From an uncultured delta proteobacterium (lineage in GTDB: Bacteria > Myxococcota_A > UBA9160 > UBA4427), in NCBI GenBank assembly GCA_963822965.1, contig CAWGJT010000005.1, forward strand, positions 1,056,001-1,120,000: a stretch of 64,000 bases of DNA. Reading direction: 5' to 3'. Both the position numbers and the translations under genes were made by a program. Below, piece after piece: positions 37,373 to 49,276 of the stretch. The notes under the pieces are model-generated. The model saw nothing but the letters and a program-made list of their open reading frames with translations, was not told where the DNA came from and did no database searches. How positions within the stretch are numbered: the stretch's first letter is position 1; each line of letters begins with the position of its first letter.

Positions 37373-40067
37373 GCCTTCTCGGGCTTCGGGGCGAACACCG
37401 CGTCGGTCGCCTCGAAGACACCGTCCTCGAGGTCGCCGCGCTCCGCGAGGGCGTGGTCGTGGCAGCGGGTGGCGGCCAGCACGTCGTCCTGCACCCGCTT
37501 CAGGCCTTCCAGGGTGGCGGCGTTGGCGCGCAGGGTGAGGGTCTCCACCTCGCGCCCCATGGACACCTCGTCGTCGGCCTTGCACTTGTTGATGGCCGTG
37601 AACGCCGCCACCGCCAGGTCGAAGCTCGCGGGGTTGGCTGGCTCGGAAATCCCCGCGAAGTCGCTCTCGCCGGGCCAGGGGGCCTTGTGGATCGTGGGCT
37701 GGCCCTTCTCCTCGGCGAACGCCCAGGACCACACCTCCTCGGTGATGTAGGGAAGCGTGGGCGCGAACAGCCGCAGCAGCACGTCGAGCCCCAGCCGCAG
37801 GCCGGCCACCGCCGAGGCGCTGGCCAGGATCGACGCGTCGTCCGGGCAGGCGCCGTCCACCTGACGCCGGGCGCGCGGCTTCGCGAGCTCGAGGTAGGTG
37901 TCGGTGAAGCGCGTCCAGAAGAAGGTCTCGGTCGCCTGCAGCACGTGCGCGTAGTTGAACTCGTCGAAGTCCCGGGTGGACTGCAGCGCGAGCTTCTTCA
38001 GCTGTGCCGCGAAGGCGCGGTCGAGCTCGGCCGAGACGGGCGCCGCGACGCTCTCCTGGGAGAGCACGAACTTGCCGGCGTTGAAGAGCTTGGTCACCAG
38101 GCGCTTGCCGATCTTGAAGACGCTCCTCGTCGAAGGCGGTGTCCACGCCGAGGCGCGCGCTGGCCGCCCAGTAGCGCACGGCGTCGGCGCTGTACTTCTC
38201 GAGCAGCGGCACCGGCGTCACCACGTTGCCCTTGCTCTTCGACATCTTCTTGCGGTCGGGGTCGAGCACCCAGCCCGACACCATCACGTGCTTCCAGGGG
38301 ATGCTGTCCTCGTGAAGCAGCGCCTTGGCGATGGTGTAGAACGCCCAGGTGCGGATGATCTCGTGGCTCTGCGGGCGCACGTCGGCGGGGAAGAGCTTCG
38401 CGTGCCGCTCGGGGTCGAGCACCCAGTGGGAGCCGATCTGCGGCGTGAGCGAGCTGGTGAACCAGGTGTCGAAGATGTCGGACTCGGCGTCGAAGCCGCC
38501 GGGCTTCCCGCGCTGGTCGGCCTCGTAGCCCGGCGGCACGTCGACGGTGGGATCGACCGGCAGCTGATCCGCCTCGGCGACGATGGGGTTCGCGTAGTCG
38601 CGCTCCCCGAACTCGGCGAGCGGATACCAGACCGGGATCGGCACGCCGAAGTAGCGCTGGCGGGAGAGCACCAGTCGAGGGACAGGTTCTCCGTCCAGTC
38701 CCGGTAGCGGGCGTGCATGAAGGGCGGGTGCCAGTCGATCTGCTCGCCCTTGGCGAGCAGCGCGTCCTTCTTGTCGAGGAGCCGCACGAACCACTGGCGC
38801 GTGGGCAGAACTCGAGCGGGCGGTCGCCCTTCTCGTAGAACTTGACCGCGTGCTCGATCGACTCGGCTCGCCGCGCAGGGGCGCGCCGTGCCCCGTCGCC
38901 GAGGCGCTCGGGTCCCGCAGCAGCTCCACGATGGCGGTGCGCGCCTGCTTGACGCGCTTGCCCGCGAGCTCGGCGTAGACGCGTTGGCGGCCTCCGGGCC
39001 GCAGGCTCTGGAAGCCACCCTCGCCGTCCGCGTCGAAACGGATGGCCGTCAGGCGGCCGTTCGCGCCCGAGCACCTGCCGCAGCGCGAGACCCTGCTCGC
39101 GCCACCACTGCACGTCGGTGGCGTCGCCGAAGGTGCAGACCATCAGGATGCCGGTGCCCTTCTCGGGGTCGGCGAGCTCGCTCGGGAAGATCGGCACGGG
39201 CGCGAGGAAGAGCGGCGTGACGGCGCTGCGCCCGAAGAGCTCCTGGTAGCGCGCGTCGTCGGGGTGCGCCGTCACGCCCACGCACGCCGGCAGCAGCTCG
39301 GGGCGCGTGGTGGCGATGACGAAGCTCTCGTCGCCGCCCTCCACGCCGAACTCGATGTCGTGGTAGGCGCCGGGCAGGTCGCGGTCCTCCACCTCGGCCT
39401 GGGCGACGGCGGTCTGGAAGTCCACGTCCCACATGGTGGGCGCGTAGCTGCTGTAGACGCGCCCCTTCTCCCACAGGTCGAGGAACGAGTACTGGGCGAG
39501 GCGGCGCGCAGCGGTCGTCGATGGTTCGGTACTCCTCGGCGCCAGTCGACCGAGAGCCCGAGGCGACGCCACAGCTCCTTGAAGGCCTCCTCGTCCTCGC
39601 GCGGTGAGGCCTGTCGCACAGCTCGATGAAGTTCGGGCGCGAAACCAGGCGCGGCCGGCTCCTTGCGGTCCTTCGCGCTCGCCCCTTCCAGGCGCGAGGC
39701 CGGGCTCGTAGGGCGTGCTCGGGTCGCAGCGCACGTGGTAGTAGTTCTGCACGCGCCGCTCGGTGGGCAGGCCGTTGTCGTCCCAGCCCATCGGGTAGAA
39801 GATGTTCTGCCCGCGCATGCGCTGGTAGCGCGCGATCACGTCGGTGTGGGTGTAGCAGAAGACGTGGCCGACGTGGAGCGAGCCCGAGACCGTGGGCGGC
39901 GGCGTGTCGACGACGAAGGTCTCTTCCCGCGGCCGCGTCGGGTCGTAGCGGTGCACGCCGTCGCGCTCCCAGCGCTCGTTCCAGCGCGGCTCGGCCTCGG
40001 CGGGGTCGAAGTGCTTGGCGAGCGTGCTGGGGTCGATGGCACGCACCATCGGCCGGTCCTGGCTCAT
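37369..40067 (-). CDS. valS: Valine--tRNA ligase (type 2), broken by many apparent frameshifts
   Basis: [74 protein letters not shown] spread over three frames. Confidence 0.93.
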
Positions 40068-40358
40068 GTCTCGCTCCGGGCTTCGCGGCGACCCCGGGGC
40101 GCCGACCCCCTGGCCTGCAGGGGAAACCGGGGCCCCGGCGTCCGAATTCGCGGGGATGGCTCGTTCGCGGAGCGCGTAGGATAGGAACGGCGTCGCGCGA
40201 ATACCAGCGGACGGCCGTCCGCGGCCCTCGGACCCCGCGCGCGTAAGGCGTCGATTCCGCAGGTGAATCCGGTGCGGGGGCGGCTCCGGGCCCGATCCGG
40301 GGCCCGCTTGCGCCGCGCCCCCGGGCCCTCTAACTTCCCGGCCCCCAAGAGGAATCCC

Positions 40359-40664
40359 ATGGCCAAGACGTCCCAGATCAATCGCGACAACCGCCGCAAG
40401 GCGCTCATCAAGAAGTACGCCGAGACGCGCGCCGAGCTGCGCAAGCGGCTGAACGACGCCAACGTCTCCATCGAAGAGAAGATCGAGATCCAGGAGAAGT
40501 TCGCGAAGCTGCCGCGCAACTCCTGTCCCACGCGGCTCAACCGCCGCTGCGAGATCTCCGGCCGCTCGAAGGCCTACTACCGCAAGTTCGGCATCTCGCG
40601 CATCGCGCTGCGCGACCTCACCCTGCGCGGGCAGCTGCCGGGCATGCGCAAGTCGAGCTGGTAG
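40359..40664 (+). CDS. rpsN: 30S ribosomal protein S14 (long, non-Zn-ribbon form)
   Basis: [10 protein letters not shown]...[20 protein letters not shown]...[11 protein letters not shown]. Confidence 0.96.
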   Translation: MAKTSQINRDNRRKALIKKYAETRAELRKRLNDANVSIEEKIEIQEKFAKLPRNSCPTRLNRRCEISGRSKAYYRKFGISRIALRDLTLRGQLPGMRKSSW

Positions 40665-40666
40665 CC

Positions 40667-40915
40667 ATGAAGCCCGACATCCATCCCGACTACCACGACG
40701 TCATCTTCGTCGACTCGGCGACGGGCGACGAGTGGATGAGCCGATCCACCCAGACCTCGAGCGAGACCCGCGACGTGGACGGCGTGGCGGTTCCCATCAT
40801 CAAGCTCGAAATCTCGTCGCGCAGCCACCCGTTCTGGACGGGCACGATGCGCGAGCTGGACGCCGACGGAAAGATCGACCGCTTCCGCAAGCGCTACGGA
40901 ATGAAGAAGAAGTAG
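40667..40915 (+). CDS. rpmE2: 50S ribosomal protein L31 type B
   Basis: [16 protein letters not shown]...[12 protein letters not shown]...[10 protein letters not shown]; no cysteines. Confidence 0.95.
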   Translation: MKPDIHPDYHDVIFVDSATGDEWMSRSTQTSSETRDVDGVAVPIIKLEISSRSHPFWTGTMRELDADGKIDRFRKRYGMKKK

Positions 40916-40936
40916 CGCGGCGAGTCGCCCTGCGTG

Positions 40937-40978
40937 AAACGAGAAGGCCCGGACGTCGCCGTCCGGGCCTTCTCGTTT
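40937..40978. terminator. Bidirectional intrinsic terminator
   Basis: AAACGAGAAGGCCCGGACG-tcgc-CGTCCGGGCCTTCTCGTTT stem-loop between convergent rpmE2 and rpmB. Confidence 0.9.
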
Positions 40979-41012
40979 TCGGTCTCTCGCCCGCCCTGCG
41001 TCGAGCGCGGGC

Positions 41013-41318
41013 TCAGGCGGTGGCGACCTTGCGCCCCCCCGAGAGGCTCTTGCGCACCTTCCGCTTCAGCCGCAGCGCCTCCTCGGGCAGCTTGGCGTCG
41101 TCGGTGTCGAGCAGGAAGCGGTCGAGGCCGCCCTTCTTGACGACCGTACGCAGGGCGCGCGTGGAGATGCGCAGGGTGACGCTGCGGTCGAGTGCCTCGG
41201 AGTGCAGCGAGACGGACTGGATGTTCGGCGCGAAGCGCCGGTTCGTCTTGCGGTTCGAGTGGGACACGTTGTGCCCGAACTGGGTTTCCTTGCCGGTGAG
41301 CGCACAGCGTCGCGACAT
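41013..41318 (-). CDS. rpmB: 50S ribosomal protein L28
   Basis: MSRRCALTGK...GHNVSHSNRKTNRRFAPN...GGLD. Confidence 0.96.
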   Translation of the reverse strand: MSRRCALTGKETQFGHNVSHSNRKTNRRFAPNIQSVSLHSEALDRSVTLRISTRALRTVVKKGGLDRFLLDTDDAKLPEEALRLKRKVRKSLSGGRKVATA

Positions 41319-41593
41319 CTCGAGATCCTCTGGTCCTGTCTTCGTGGGGTGGCGAGCCGGTTCGCGCGGGTCCGATCCCGGAAGGCGCCAGCCGAAAGAA
41401 TCGTTGGGTGCTCCGGGCCTGGGGGCTGCCGGAGGACGGGGAGGGATAGCCCACGGCCCGGCGGGGGGTCAACTCGCGGCTGGATGCCCCCGGGGAAGGC
41501 GCGGATCGCGGCCCGCTCGACGCCGCCCGGAGCCCGGTAGACTCCCCCGCAAGGCGATCCCGTGCGGGATCCGAACGAGAGGAGAGAGAGGCG

Positions 41594-42358
41594 ATGTCCT
41601 TCGACGGCAAGGTGGTGCTGATCACCGGCGCCGGCAGCGGAATGGGCCGCCTGGCCGCCCGCCGGCTGGCCGAGGCCGGCGCTTCGGTGGCGGGCGTGGA
41701 CGTGAACGAGGCCGGGCTGCGCGAGACCGGGCAGGGCTGCGAGCTCTTCCGCGCCTGGCCCCTGGACGTCACCGACGCCCGCGCCGTGGCGTCGACCGTC
41801 GCCGAGATCGAGTCCGCCCTGGGTCCCGTCGACCGCGTCATGAACGCCGCGGCGATCATGCCCACCGACCTGATCCTCAAGCAGGACGCGGGCCTCATCA
41901 ACCGCATCATGGACATCAACTACGGCGGCACGGTCAACGTCACGATGGCGACGCTCCCCGGCATGCTGGAGCGCGGTCGGGGCGACCTGGTGAACTTCGC
42001 GTCCATCGCGGGCTGGGTGCCCTCCATGCACTTCGGCGCCTACAACGCCTCGAAGTTCGCGGTCGTCGCCTTCACCGAGGTGCTCTACCACGAGAACCGG
42101 AACCGCGGCGTCCGCTTCGCGTGCGTGTGTCCGCCGCCCGTGGCGACGCCTCTGCTCGACCAGGCGAAGTCCCAGCCGAAGGTGCTCGAGGGCATGCCCC
42201 CGATTCCGCCCGAGAGGGTGCTCGACGCCATCGAGCGCGATCTCGATCGCGGCCGCCTGATGGTCTTCCCCGACCGCACGGCGAGGATCGCCTACTGGAT
42301 GCGCCGGCTCGCCCCGGGCGTCATGTGGAGCGGCTCGCACCGCGCCGAAGGCATCTGA
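41594..42358 (+). CDS. SDR family oxidoreductase
   Basis: TGAGSGMG, YNASKF. Confidence 0.92.
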   Translation: MSFDGKVVLITGAGSGMGRLAARRLAEAGASVAGVDVNEAGLRETGQGCELFRAWPLDVTDARAVASTVAEIESALGPVDRVMNAAAIMPTDLILKQDAGLINRIMDINYGGTVNVTMATLPGMLERGRGDLVNFASIAGWVPSMHFGAYNASKFAVVAFTEVLYHENRNRGVRFACVCPPPVATPLLDQAKSQPKVLEGMPPIPPERVLDAIERDLDRGRLMVFPDRTARIAYWMRRLAPGVMWSGSHRAEGI

Positions 42359-42365
42359 GCGGCCG

Positions 42366-43160
42366 GTGTCGTCCTACGAGACCCTCGCCCTGCGCCAGGA
42401 GGGCCCGGTCGCCTGGCTCACCCTGAACCGGCCGGACTCCCTGAACGCCCTCAATCCCACTCTCGTCACGGAGCTGCGGGACTTCTTCGGCGGGCTTCCC
42501 GAGCGCGACGACGTGCGGGTGGTGGTGCTGCGCGGCGCCGGCCGCGCCTTCTGCGCGGGGCTCGACCTCAAGGACACGGGCGGCGGCGATGCACCCGGCT
42601 CGCCCGAGGGCGCGCTGCGCGGACAGCGCCGCATCAGCGAGCTCGCGATCCTGATGCGCCGCTGCCCCCAGCCCATCATCGCCTGCGTGCAGGGCGCCGC
42701 CGCGGGGGGTGGCTTCGCGCTGGCCCTGGCCTCGGACGTCCGCATCGCCGGCGAGTCGGCGCGCATGAACGCCGCCTTCATCAAGATCGGGCTCTCCGCC
42801 TGCGACGTCGGGGTGAGCTACCTGCTGCCGCGCCTGGTGGGCGCTTCCGTGGCCTACGAGCTGATGCTCACCGGACGCTTCATCCACGCCCAGCGCGCGC
42901 TGGCGACGGGCCTCGTGTCGGCGGTGGTGCCCGACGACGCCCTCGAGGAGGAGGCCCGCAAGCTCGCCGGCGAGATGATCCTGACGTCGCCCCTGGGCCT
43001 GCGTCTCACCAAGGAGTGTCTCAACGCGAGCCTCGACGCCGGGAGCCTCGAGCAGGCCATCGCCATGGAGGACCGCAACCAGGTGCTCTGCGCCACGAGC
43101 GACGACCTGCGCGAGGGCATCCGGGCCTTCCTGGAGAAGCGCAAGCCGCGCTGGGCCTGA
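42366..43160 (+). CDS. Enoyl-CoA hydratase/isomerase
   Basis: TLNRPDSLNAL, FCAGLDL, AAGGGFALALASD, AFLEKRKP. Confidence 0.93.
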   Translation: MSSYETLALRQEGPVAWLTLNRPDSLNALNPTLVTELRDFFGGLPERDDVRVVVLRGAGRAFCAGLDLKDTGGGDAPGSPEGALRGQRRISELAILMRRCPQPIIACVQGAAAGGGFALALASDVRIAGESARMNAAFIKIGLSACDVGVSYLLPRLVGASVAYELMLTGRFIHAQRALATGLVSAVVPDDALEEEARKLAGEMILTSPLGLRLTKECLNASLDAGSLEQAIAMEDRNQVLCATSDDLREGIRAFLEKRKPRWA

Positions 43161-43218
43161 GGCCGGTGGAGGTCCGGGCCGTCCGGCAGGGCACCGGACG
43201 GCCCGGGAACCGAAGCGC

Positions 43219-43971
43219 TCAGCCCGCCGCCGGCGCCGCCTCCGCGCTGAAGGTGCGGCTGCTGGTCTCCGCCAGCGTGTGCACGTTCGCTTCCTTCTTC
43301 ATCTGCTCGAGCTCGTTGCGCGCCGACTGCATCCGCGCCTCGTCGCGGAACTCGCGCAGCCGGGTGCGCAGCCCGGTGTCGCCGAGCTCCTTGTCGATGT
43401 CGCCTTCCATCGTCAGGCGGGTGACGTACTCGCGCACGCCCTCGAGGGCGTCGAGCTCGGCGTCCGTCGAGAGCCCCTCGATGGCCACCTGCAGCCGCCG
43501 GCGCGCCTTGGCGTTGGCGAGGGTGGCGAGCATGCGGCCCTTCTCGCGCACCAGCGAGCGAATCTCCTCGCGGAAGCGCACGAGGTTGCCCTTGGCCTCC
43601 TCGGCCTGCTCACGCACCGCCGCCAGCTCCTCTTCGGCGCGCTCGAGCTCCTCGAAGAGCTGCTGCTTCTGGGCGATCAGGGTCAGCGAGATGTCGTCCT
43701 GGTGCCGGCGCACCGCGCGGCGGGCGTCGTCGTGCAGGCGGGCGATCTCGGCGCGGCGGTCGCCGATTTCGCTCTCGAGCTTGGTGCGCAGGTAGAGGAT
43801 GCCGGCGACCGCGGACTTGAGCTCCCGGTACTGGCGGACCCGCTCGCCGATCGCCTGCTCGTAGACGACCTCCGGACTCTGATGCTCGCGGTCCCGCACC
43901 CAGCGGCGGAACAAGCCAGTCACGAGACTGCGCAAACGCGCGAAGAAGCCTTCCGATCGGTCCATGCCCAT
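43219..43971 (-). CDS. PspA/IM30 (bacterial ESCRT-III-like) family protein
   Basis: N-terminal amphipathic FFARLRSLVTG, PEVVYEQAI, long coiled coil, ~250 aa. Confidence 0.8.
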   Translation of the reverse strand: MGMDRSEGFFARLRSLVTGLFRRWVRDREHQSPEVVYEQAIGERVRQYRELKSAVAGILYLRTKLESEIGDRRAEIARLHDDARRAVRRHQDDISLTLIAQKQQLFEELERAEEELAAVREQAEEAKGNLVRFREEIRSLVREKGRMLATLANAKARRRLQVAIEGLSTDAELDALEGVREYVTRLTMEGDIDKELGDTGLRTRLREFRDEARMQSARNELEQMKKEANVHTLAETSSRTFSAEAAPAAG

Positions 43972-43999
43972 GTCTTCTCTCCTCTCGTTTCCGGCTCCT

Positions 44000-45414
<1,415 letters not shown>

Positions 45415-45418
<4 letters not shown>

Positions 45419-46566
45419 TGGCCACCTCCCTGGCGGCTACGCTTCGGAATCGTCAGCACGAACTCGGTTCCCTGGCCCGGGGCCGACGAGAGCTCGATGG
45501 TCCCGCCGTGGGCCTCGACCAGCTTCTTGGTGATCGGAAGGCCCAGACCCGTACCGCCGCGCTTCGACGTCACGAAGGGCGAGAAGATCTTCGCCCGCAG
45601 CTCGTCCGAGATGCCGGCGCCGTTGTCGCAGATGCGCACCCACACCTCGGTGCCGGCCAGGTTCTCGCCCATGGAGATGTCGAGGCGCGGAGACGGCGCG
45701 TGCGCGTCGCGCACGGCGTCCATGCCGTTGCCCACCAGGTTGATGACGATGCGGCGCAGCTTGTCGGCGTCGCCCTCCACCAGGCCCGGGGTGTCGAAGT
45801 TCTTCGTGATCTCGACGCCCTCTCGCGCGGCCCGGTCCCGGAAGGTCTCCAGTGCGGACTCGAGCACGTCGCTCATGCTCACCTGCGAGAAGCGGATCTC
45901 CTCGTCCCGGGCGAAGCGCAGCAGGTGCGTGATGGAGCGCTCCACGCGCTCGAGCTCCTGGACCGCCACCCGCGCGTACTCCGCGTTGTCGAGCGATTCG
46001 GGCTCCTCGCTCATCTGCTGCACCAGGCTCTTGGCCGCCGTGATCGGGTTGCGGATCTCGTGGGCGATCGAAGCCGACAGCTGCTCGAGGTCGCGGGAGT
46101 GCTCGCCCTCCATCGAGCGGCGCTCGGCGGAGACGTTCACCTGCACCTGGCGCTGCACTTCGTCCTCGATGATGCGCTCGCGCAGGCCGGGCTCCACCAT
46201 CAGCTTGAAGTAGCGCCGCCACATGCGGATGCCCCAGACCACCAGCAGCACGAAGCCCAGCCAGGTGAGCGGCGGGATCAGCAGGAGCACCAGGACGATG
46301 GCGCCCTTCTTGGCGGCGTCGAGGTAGAGCTCGGCCTTCTTCTCGGCCGCGTCTCGGGCGCGCGCGTAGTCCACCGGCGGCTCGGGCGCTGCGTCCTCGT
46401 GTCGCGACGGGCGACGGGCGGGAACCTGGGCCGGACCCGGTCGCTCCAGCTCTTCGAGGAAGCTCCGGTCGTCCAGCGCCGGGTCGTAGGGAATCTCGAG
46501 CTCGCCGCTGGAGTTCCGCCGATGGCGCCGTCTCGAACGGGTGCGCGGGCGCTCGCTTCGGGCCAT
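45415..46566 (-). CDS. Sensor histidine kinase 2 (short membrane hairpin)
   Basis: H-box SIAHEIRNP, N-box NLVGN, DNGAG, GTGLGL; stop overlaps the regulator's start. Confidence 0.92.
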
Positions 46567-46634
46567 CGACGCAGCCTCCCTTCGGTTCGCCTCGAGGGTA
46601 CCAGCCGGACTCGCGCCCCTGTCGACACGGCGGC

Positions 46635-47798
46635 TCACGACGCGGCTCCGGCGTCCTTGGGGAACGACAGCACGAACTCGCTGCCGGACTCGTCCGACTC
46701 GACCTCGATCGAGCCCCCGTGCGCGTCGACGATCTTCTTGGAGAGGGCCAGGCCCAGCCCCGTACCCTGGTCCTTGGTGGTAAAGAAGGGGTTGAAGATC
46801 TTGTCGAGCACGTCGGGATGGATGCCCGGACCGTTGTCCCGGACCCGCACCCACACCTCCGTGGCGGCCAGGTTCTCGCCCGCCGCGATCTGCAGCCGCG
46901 GGACGGGAGAGTCCCCCTGCTCGAGCGCGTCGAGGGCGTTGCCGACGAGGTTCACCAGGACGCGCCGCATCCGCTCCGGGTCGCCCCGCATGCGGCCGGG
47001 CGTGTCGAGCTGCAGCTCGAGCTCGACACCCAGCAGGTCGATGCGGTCGCGGAAGCTCTCCACCGCCGACGCTACCACGTCGCACATGTCGAACGAGTCG
47101 AAGTGCAGCTCTTCGTCGCGGGCGTAGCGAAGCAGGTGCGAGATCGACCGCTCGACCCGATCGAGCTCCTCCAAGGCGATGTTCGCGTACTCGATGTTGC
47201 GGCTGGAGACCGGGTCCTCGCCCATCTGCTGCACGAGGCTCTTGGCGGCGGTGACGGGATTGCGGATCTCGTGGGCGATGGAGGCGGAGAGATCCTCGAG
47301 GGATCGCTCGTGACGGCTCGCCACGGCCCGGCGCGCCTGGGTGACGCTGCGGGCCACGTTGCGGCCGACCTCGTCCTCGATCAGCCGCTTGCGGAGACCG
47401 GGAGCGACGACCGCGGAGAAGTAGTGGATGGCGAGGCCGATGCCCCAGGCCGCCGCCACGACGAAGGTGACACGGATGCTGCGGGACGAGATCAGGATGA
47501 GCGCCAGCACCGACAGATAGGCGACGCCGTGGGTGAGGAAGCCGATCTTGGCGTTGGCCCGGCGACGCGCCTCGCGATAGGTGCGTTCCTCGGGCGTGAG
47601 CGGTTGGCGCCGGCGGCTGCGCGAGCCCTCGGGGCGGCCGGGGTCGGCGAGGGGCTCGCTCGCATCCCGGCGTCGCGCATGCCGCTCCTGCCGCTCGCGG
47701 CGCCGACGACGATGGCGCTCCCGGCGCTCCTCCTCGCGCTCCCGGCGGTGTTCCTCCCGCTCGCGGCGGTGTTCCAGGCGCTCCCTCTCACGAGCCAT
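46635..47798 (-). CDS. Sensor histidine kinase 1 with 2TM domain and E/R-rich N-terminus
   Basis: GFLTHGVAYL...WGIGLAIHY (2TM-like), SIAHEIRNP, DNGPG, FFTTK, GTGLGL; start estimated. Confidence 0.92.
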   Translation of the reverse strand: MARERERLEHRREREEHRREREEERRERHRRRRRERQERHARRRDASEPLADPGRPEGSRSRRRQPLTPEERTYREARRRANAKIGFLTHGVAYLSVLALILISSRSIRVTFVVAAAWGIGLAIHYFSAVVAPGLRKRLIEDEVGRNVARSVTQARRAVASRHERSLEDLSASIAHEIRNPVTAAKSLVQQMGEDPVSSRNIEYANIALEELDRVERSISHLLRYARDEELHFDSFDMCDVVASAVESFRDRIDLLGVELELQLDTPGRMRGDPERMRRVLVNLVGNALDALEQGDSPVPRLQIAAGENLAATEVWVRVRDNGPGIHPDVLDKIFNPFFTTKDQGTGLGLALSKKIVDAHGGSIEVESDESGSEFVLSFPKDAGAAS

Positions 47799-47997
47799 CT
47801 CGAAGCGCTCCTTTCCGAGGCCGAAGGCCTCGCCGGTGGCATCCAGCTCGGCTTCGACCCTCGCCCGCTGCTTCCAGCGGCCTGCCGGGAACGGGCCTCC
47901 CGCCGTCGCTGCCCCCGTGCACGTTCGCCGTGTGCCCACCTGCGCTCACTCCCCGCCAGCCTCTGCTGCGTCTGGCGTTCGCTTGGAACGCTTTCTG

Positions 47998-48013
47998 AGC
48001 AAGTGCCGTGCCG
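47998..48013 (-). promoter_or_regulatory. Sigma54 (-24/-12) promoter of the HK-HK-RR-pspA operon
   Basis: Minus strand CGGCAC-GGCAC-TTGCT; upstream IHF-like TTTCAGCGAGTTG (48031-48043) and inverted repeat GTGCAG-N8-CTGCAC (48086-48105). Confidence 0.8.
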
Positions 48014-48234
48014 AGAGAGAGGTCCTTTGTTTTCAGCGAGTTGCGCGACCGCCGCCAGCTCTCCACTGCAGTGCCGACGCTTCGAGTGCAGCAAATCTAC
48101 TGCACAACCGGCCTGTGTACCCCTCTGGGCTCGCCCGAGATCCCCGCGGGCGATCTCGGGCGCCGAGCCACGCCCCACGCGGGCCCTGATAGACTCCCGG
48201 CCCTGGCAACGCGCGCCCCAAAACCGGAGTCCCC

Positions 48235-48903
48235 ATGTCCCTCACCGTCATCGGCGGCAACGTGTCGCCCTTCGTCCGCAAGGTCCGTGTCTTCTGCGCC
48301 GAGAAAGGCATCGAGTACACCCTCGAGCCCTTGAACCCCTTCGCACCGCCCGAGGGCTTCCTCGAGATCAGCCCGCAGAAGAAGATCCCGGTGCTGCGGG
48401 ACGGCGATCGCCACCTGCCGGACTCGTCGGTGATCTGCCTGTATCTCGAGCGCACGCACCCGGAGACGCCCCTCTATCCCGAAGACCCCTTCGCGTACGG
48501 CCGCACCCTGTGGCTCGAGGAGTACATGGACAGCGGCTTCGTGCCCGTCGCCGGCCCGAAGTGCTTCTTGCCGCTGGTGCTGGCGCCGCTCATGTCCGGC
48601 AAGGAGCCCGACGAGACCGAGCCCCTGCGCGCGGCCGCCGAAGAGCTGCCGAGGTTCTTCGACTACCTCGAGAAGGAGCTCGGCGACGAGGAGTTCTTCG
48701 TCGCCGGACGGCTCACCCTGGCGGACATCGCCGTGGCGAGCCCCTTCGTGAACCTGCGCCACGCCGGCATCGCGCCGGAGCGAAAGCGTTGGCCCCGGCT
48801 GCGGGGCTTCCTCGACCGCATGTGGGGACGACCCTCGTTCAAGGCCTGCATCGAGGAGGAGACGCCGGTCTTCGGCAAGCGCGCGGGCCGGATCGCGGAC
48901 TGA
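48235..48903 (+). CDS. Glutathione S-transferase family protein
   Basis: SPFVRKV, KIPVL, DSSVICLYLE, LTLADIA. Confidence 0.93.
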   Translation: MSLTVIGGNVSPFVRKVRVFCAEKGIEYTLEPLNPFAPPEGFLEISPQKKIPVLRDGDRHLPDSSVICLYLERTHPETPLYPEDPFAYGRTLWLEEYMDSGFVPVAGPKCFLPLVLAPLMSGKEPDETEPLRAAAEELPRFFDYLEKELGDEEFFVAGRLTLADIAVASPFVNLRHAGIAPERKRWPRLRGFLDRMWGRPSFKACIEEETPVFGKRAGRIAD

Positions 48904-48985
48904 CCCGGCGATCGACGCCCGGCATCCGGGCGGGACGACACCTGGGACGAGAGCTTGGGACGAGCGACGAAAGGAGAAGTCACCG

Positions 48986-49276
48986 GTGGTGACCATCGGA
49001 ATGAACTATGCGGTGCTCGCAGGCAAGGAGAAGATCTTCGAGGACGCCTGCGCGAAGGTCGTCAAGACGATGGAGGCCATCGAAGGTCACGACCGCTCGG
49101 AGATCTACCGGAGTATCTCCTCGGAGGACGCCAACTACCTGATCGTCTCGCGTTGGCAGAGCGAGCAGGCCTTCCAGGATTTCATCGCCTCCGACGCCTT
49201 CAAGAAGGTGACCAACTGGGGCAAGGAGAACATCCTGGCGCGACGCCCCTCGCACACCACCTACCGGGAAGGTTGA
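48986..49276 (+). CDS. Antibiotic biosynthesis monooxygenase (ABM) family protein
   Basis: 96 aa, GKEKIFE...YLIVSRWQSEQAFQDFIASDAF; AAGGAG RBS. Confidence 0.85.
   Translation: MVTIGMNYAVLAGKEKIFEDACAKVVKTMEAIEGHDRSEIYRSISSEDANYLIVSRWQSEQAFQDFIASDAFKKVTNWGKENILARRPSHTTYREG

Noticed and set aside
37369..40067. Programmed frameshifting in valS (and in the genes at 55563, 57371, 61873)
   Set aside because: Too many shifts, no consistent slippery sites; the pattern fits sequencing indels
40068..40200. T-box riboswitch upstream of valS
   Set aside because: GC-rich hairpins are present but no TGGNACC T-box motif or specifier loop is recognisable
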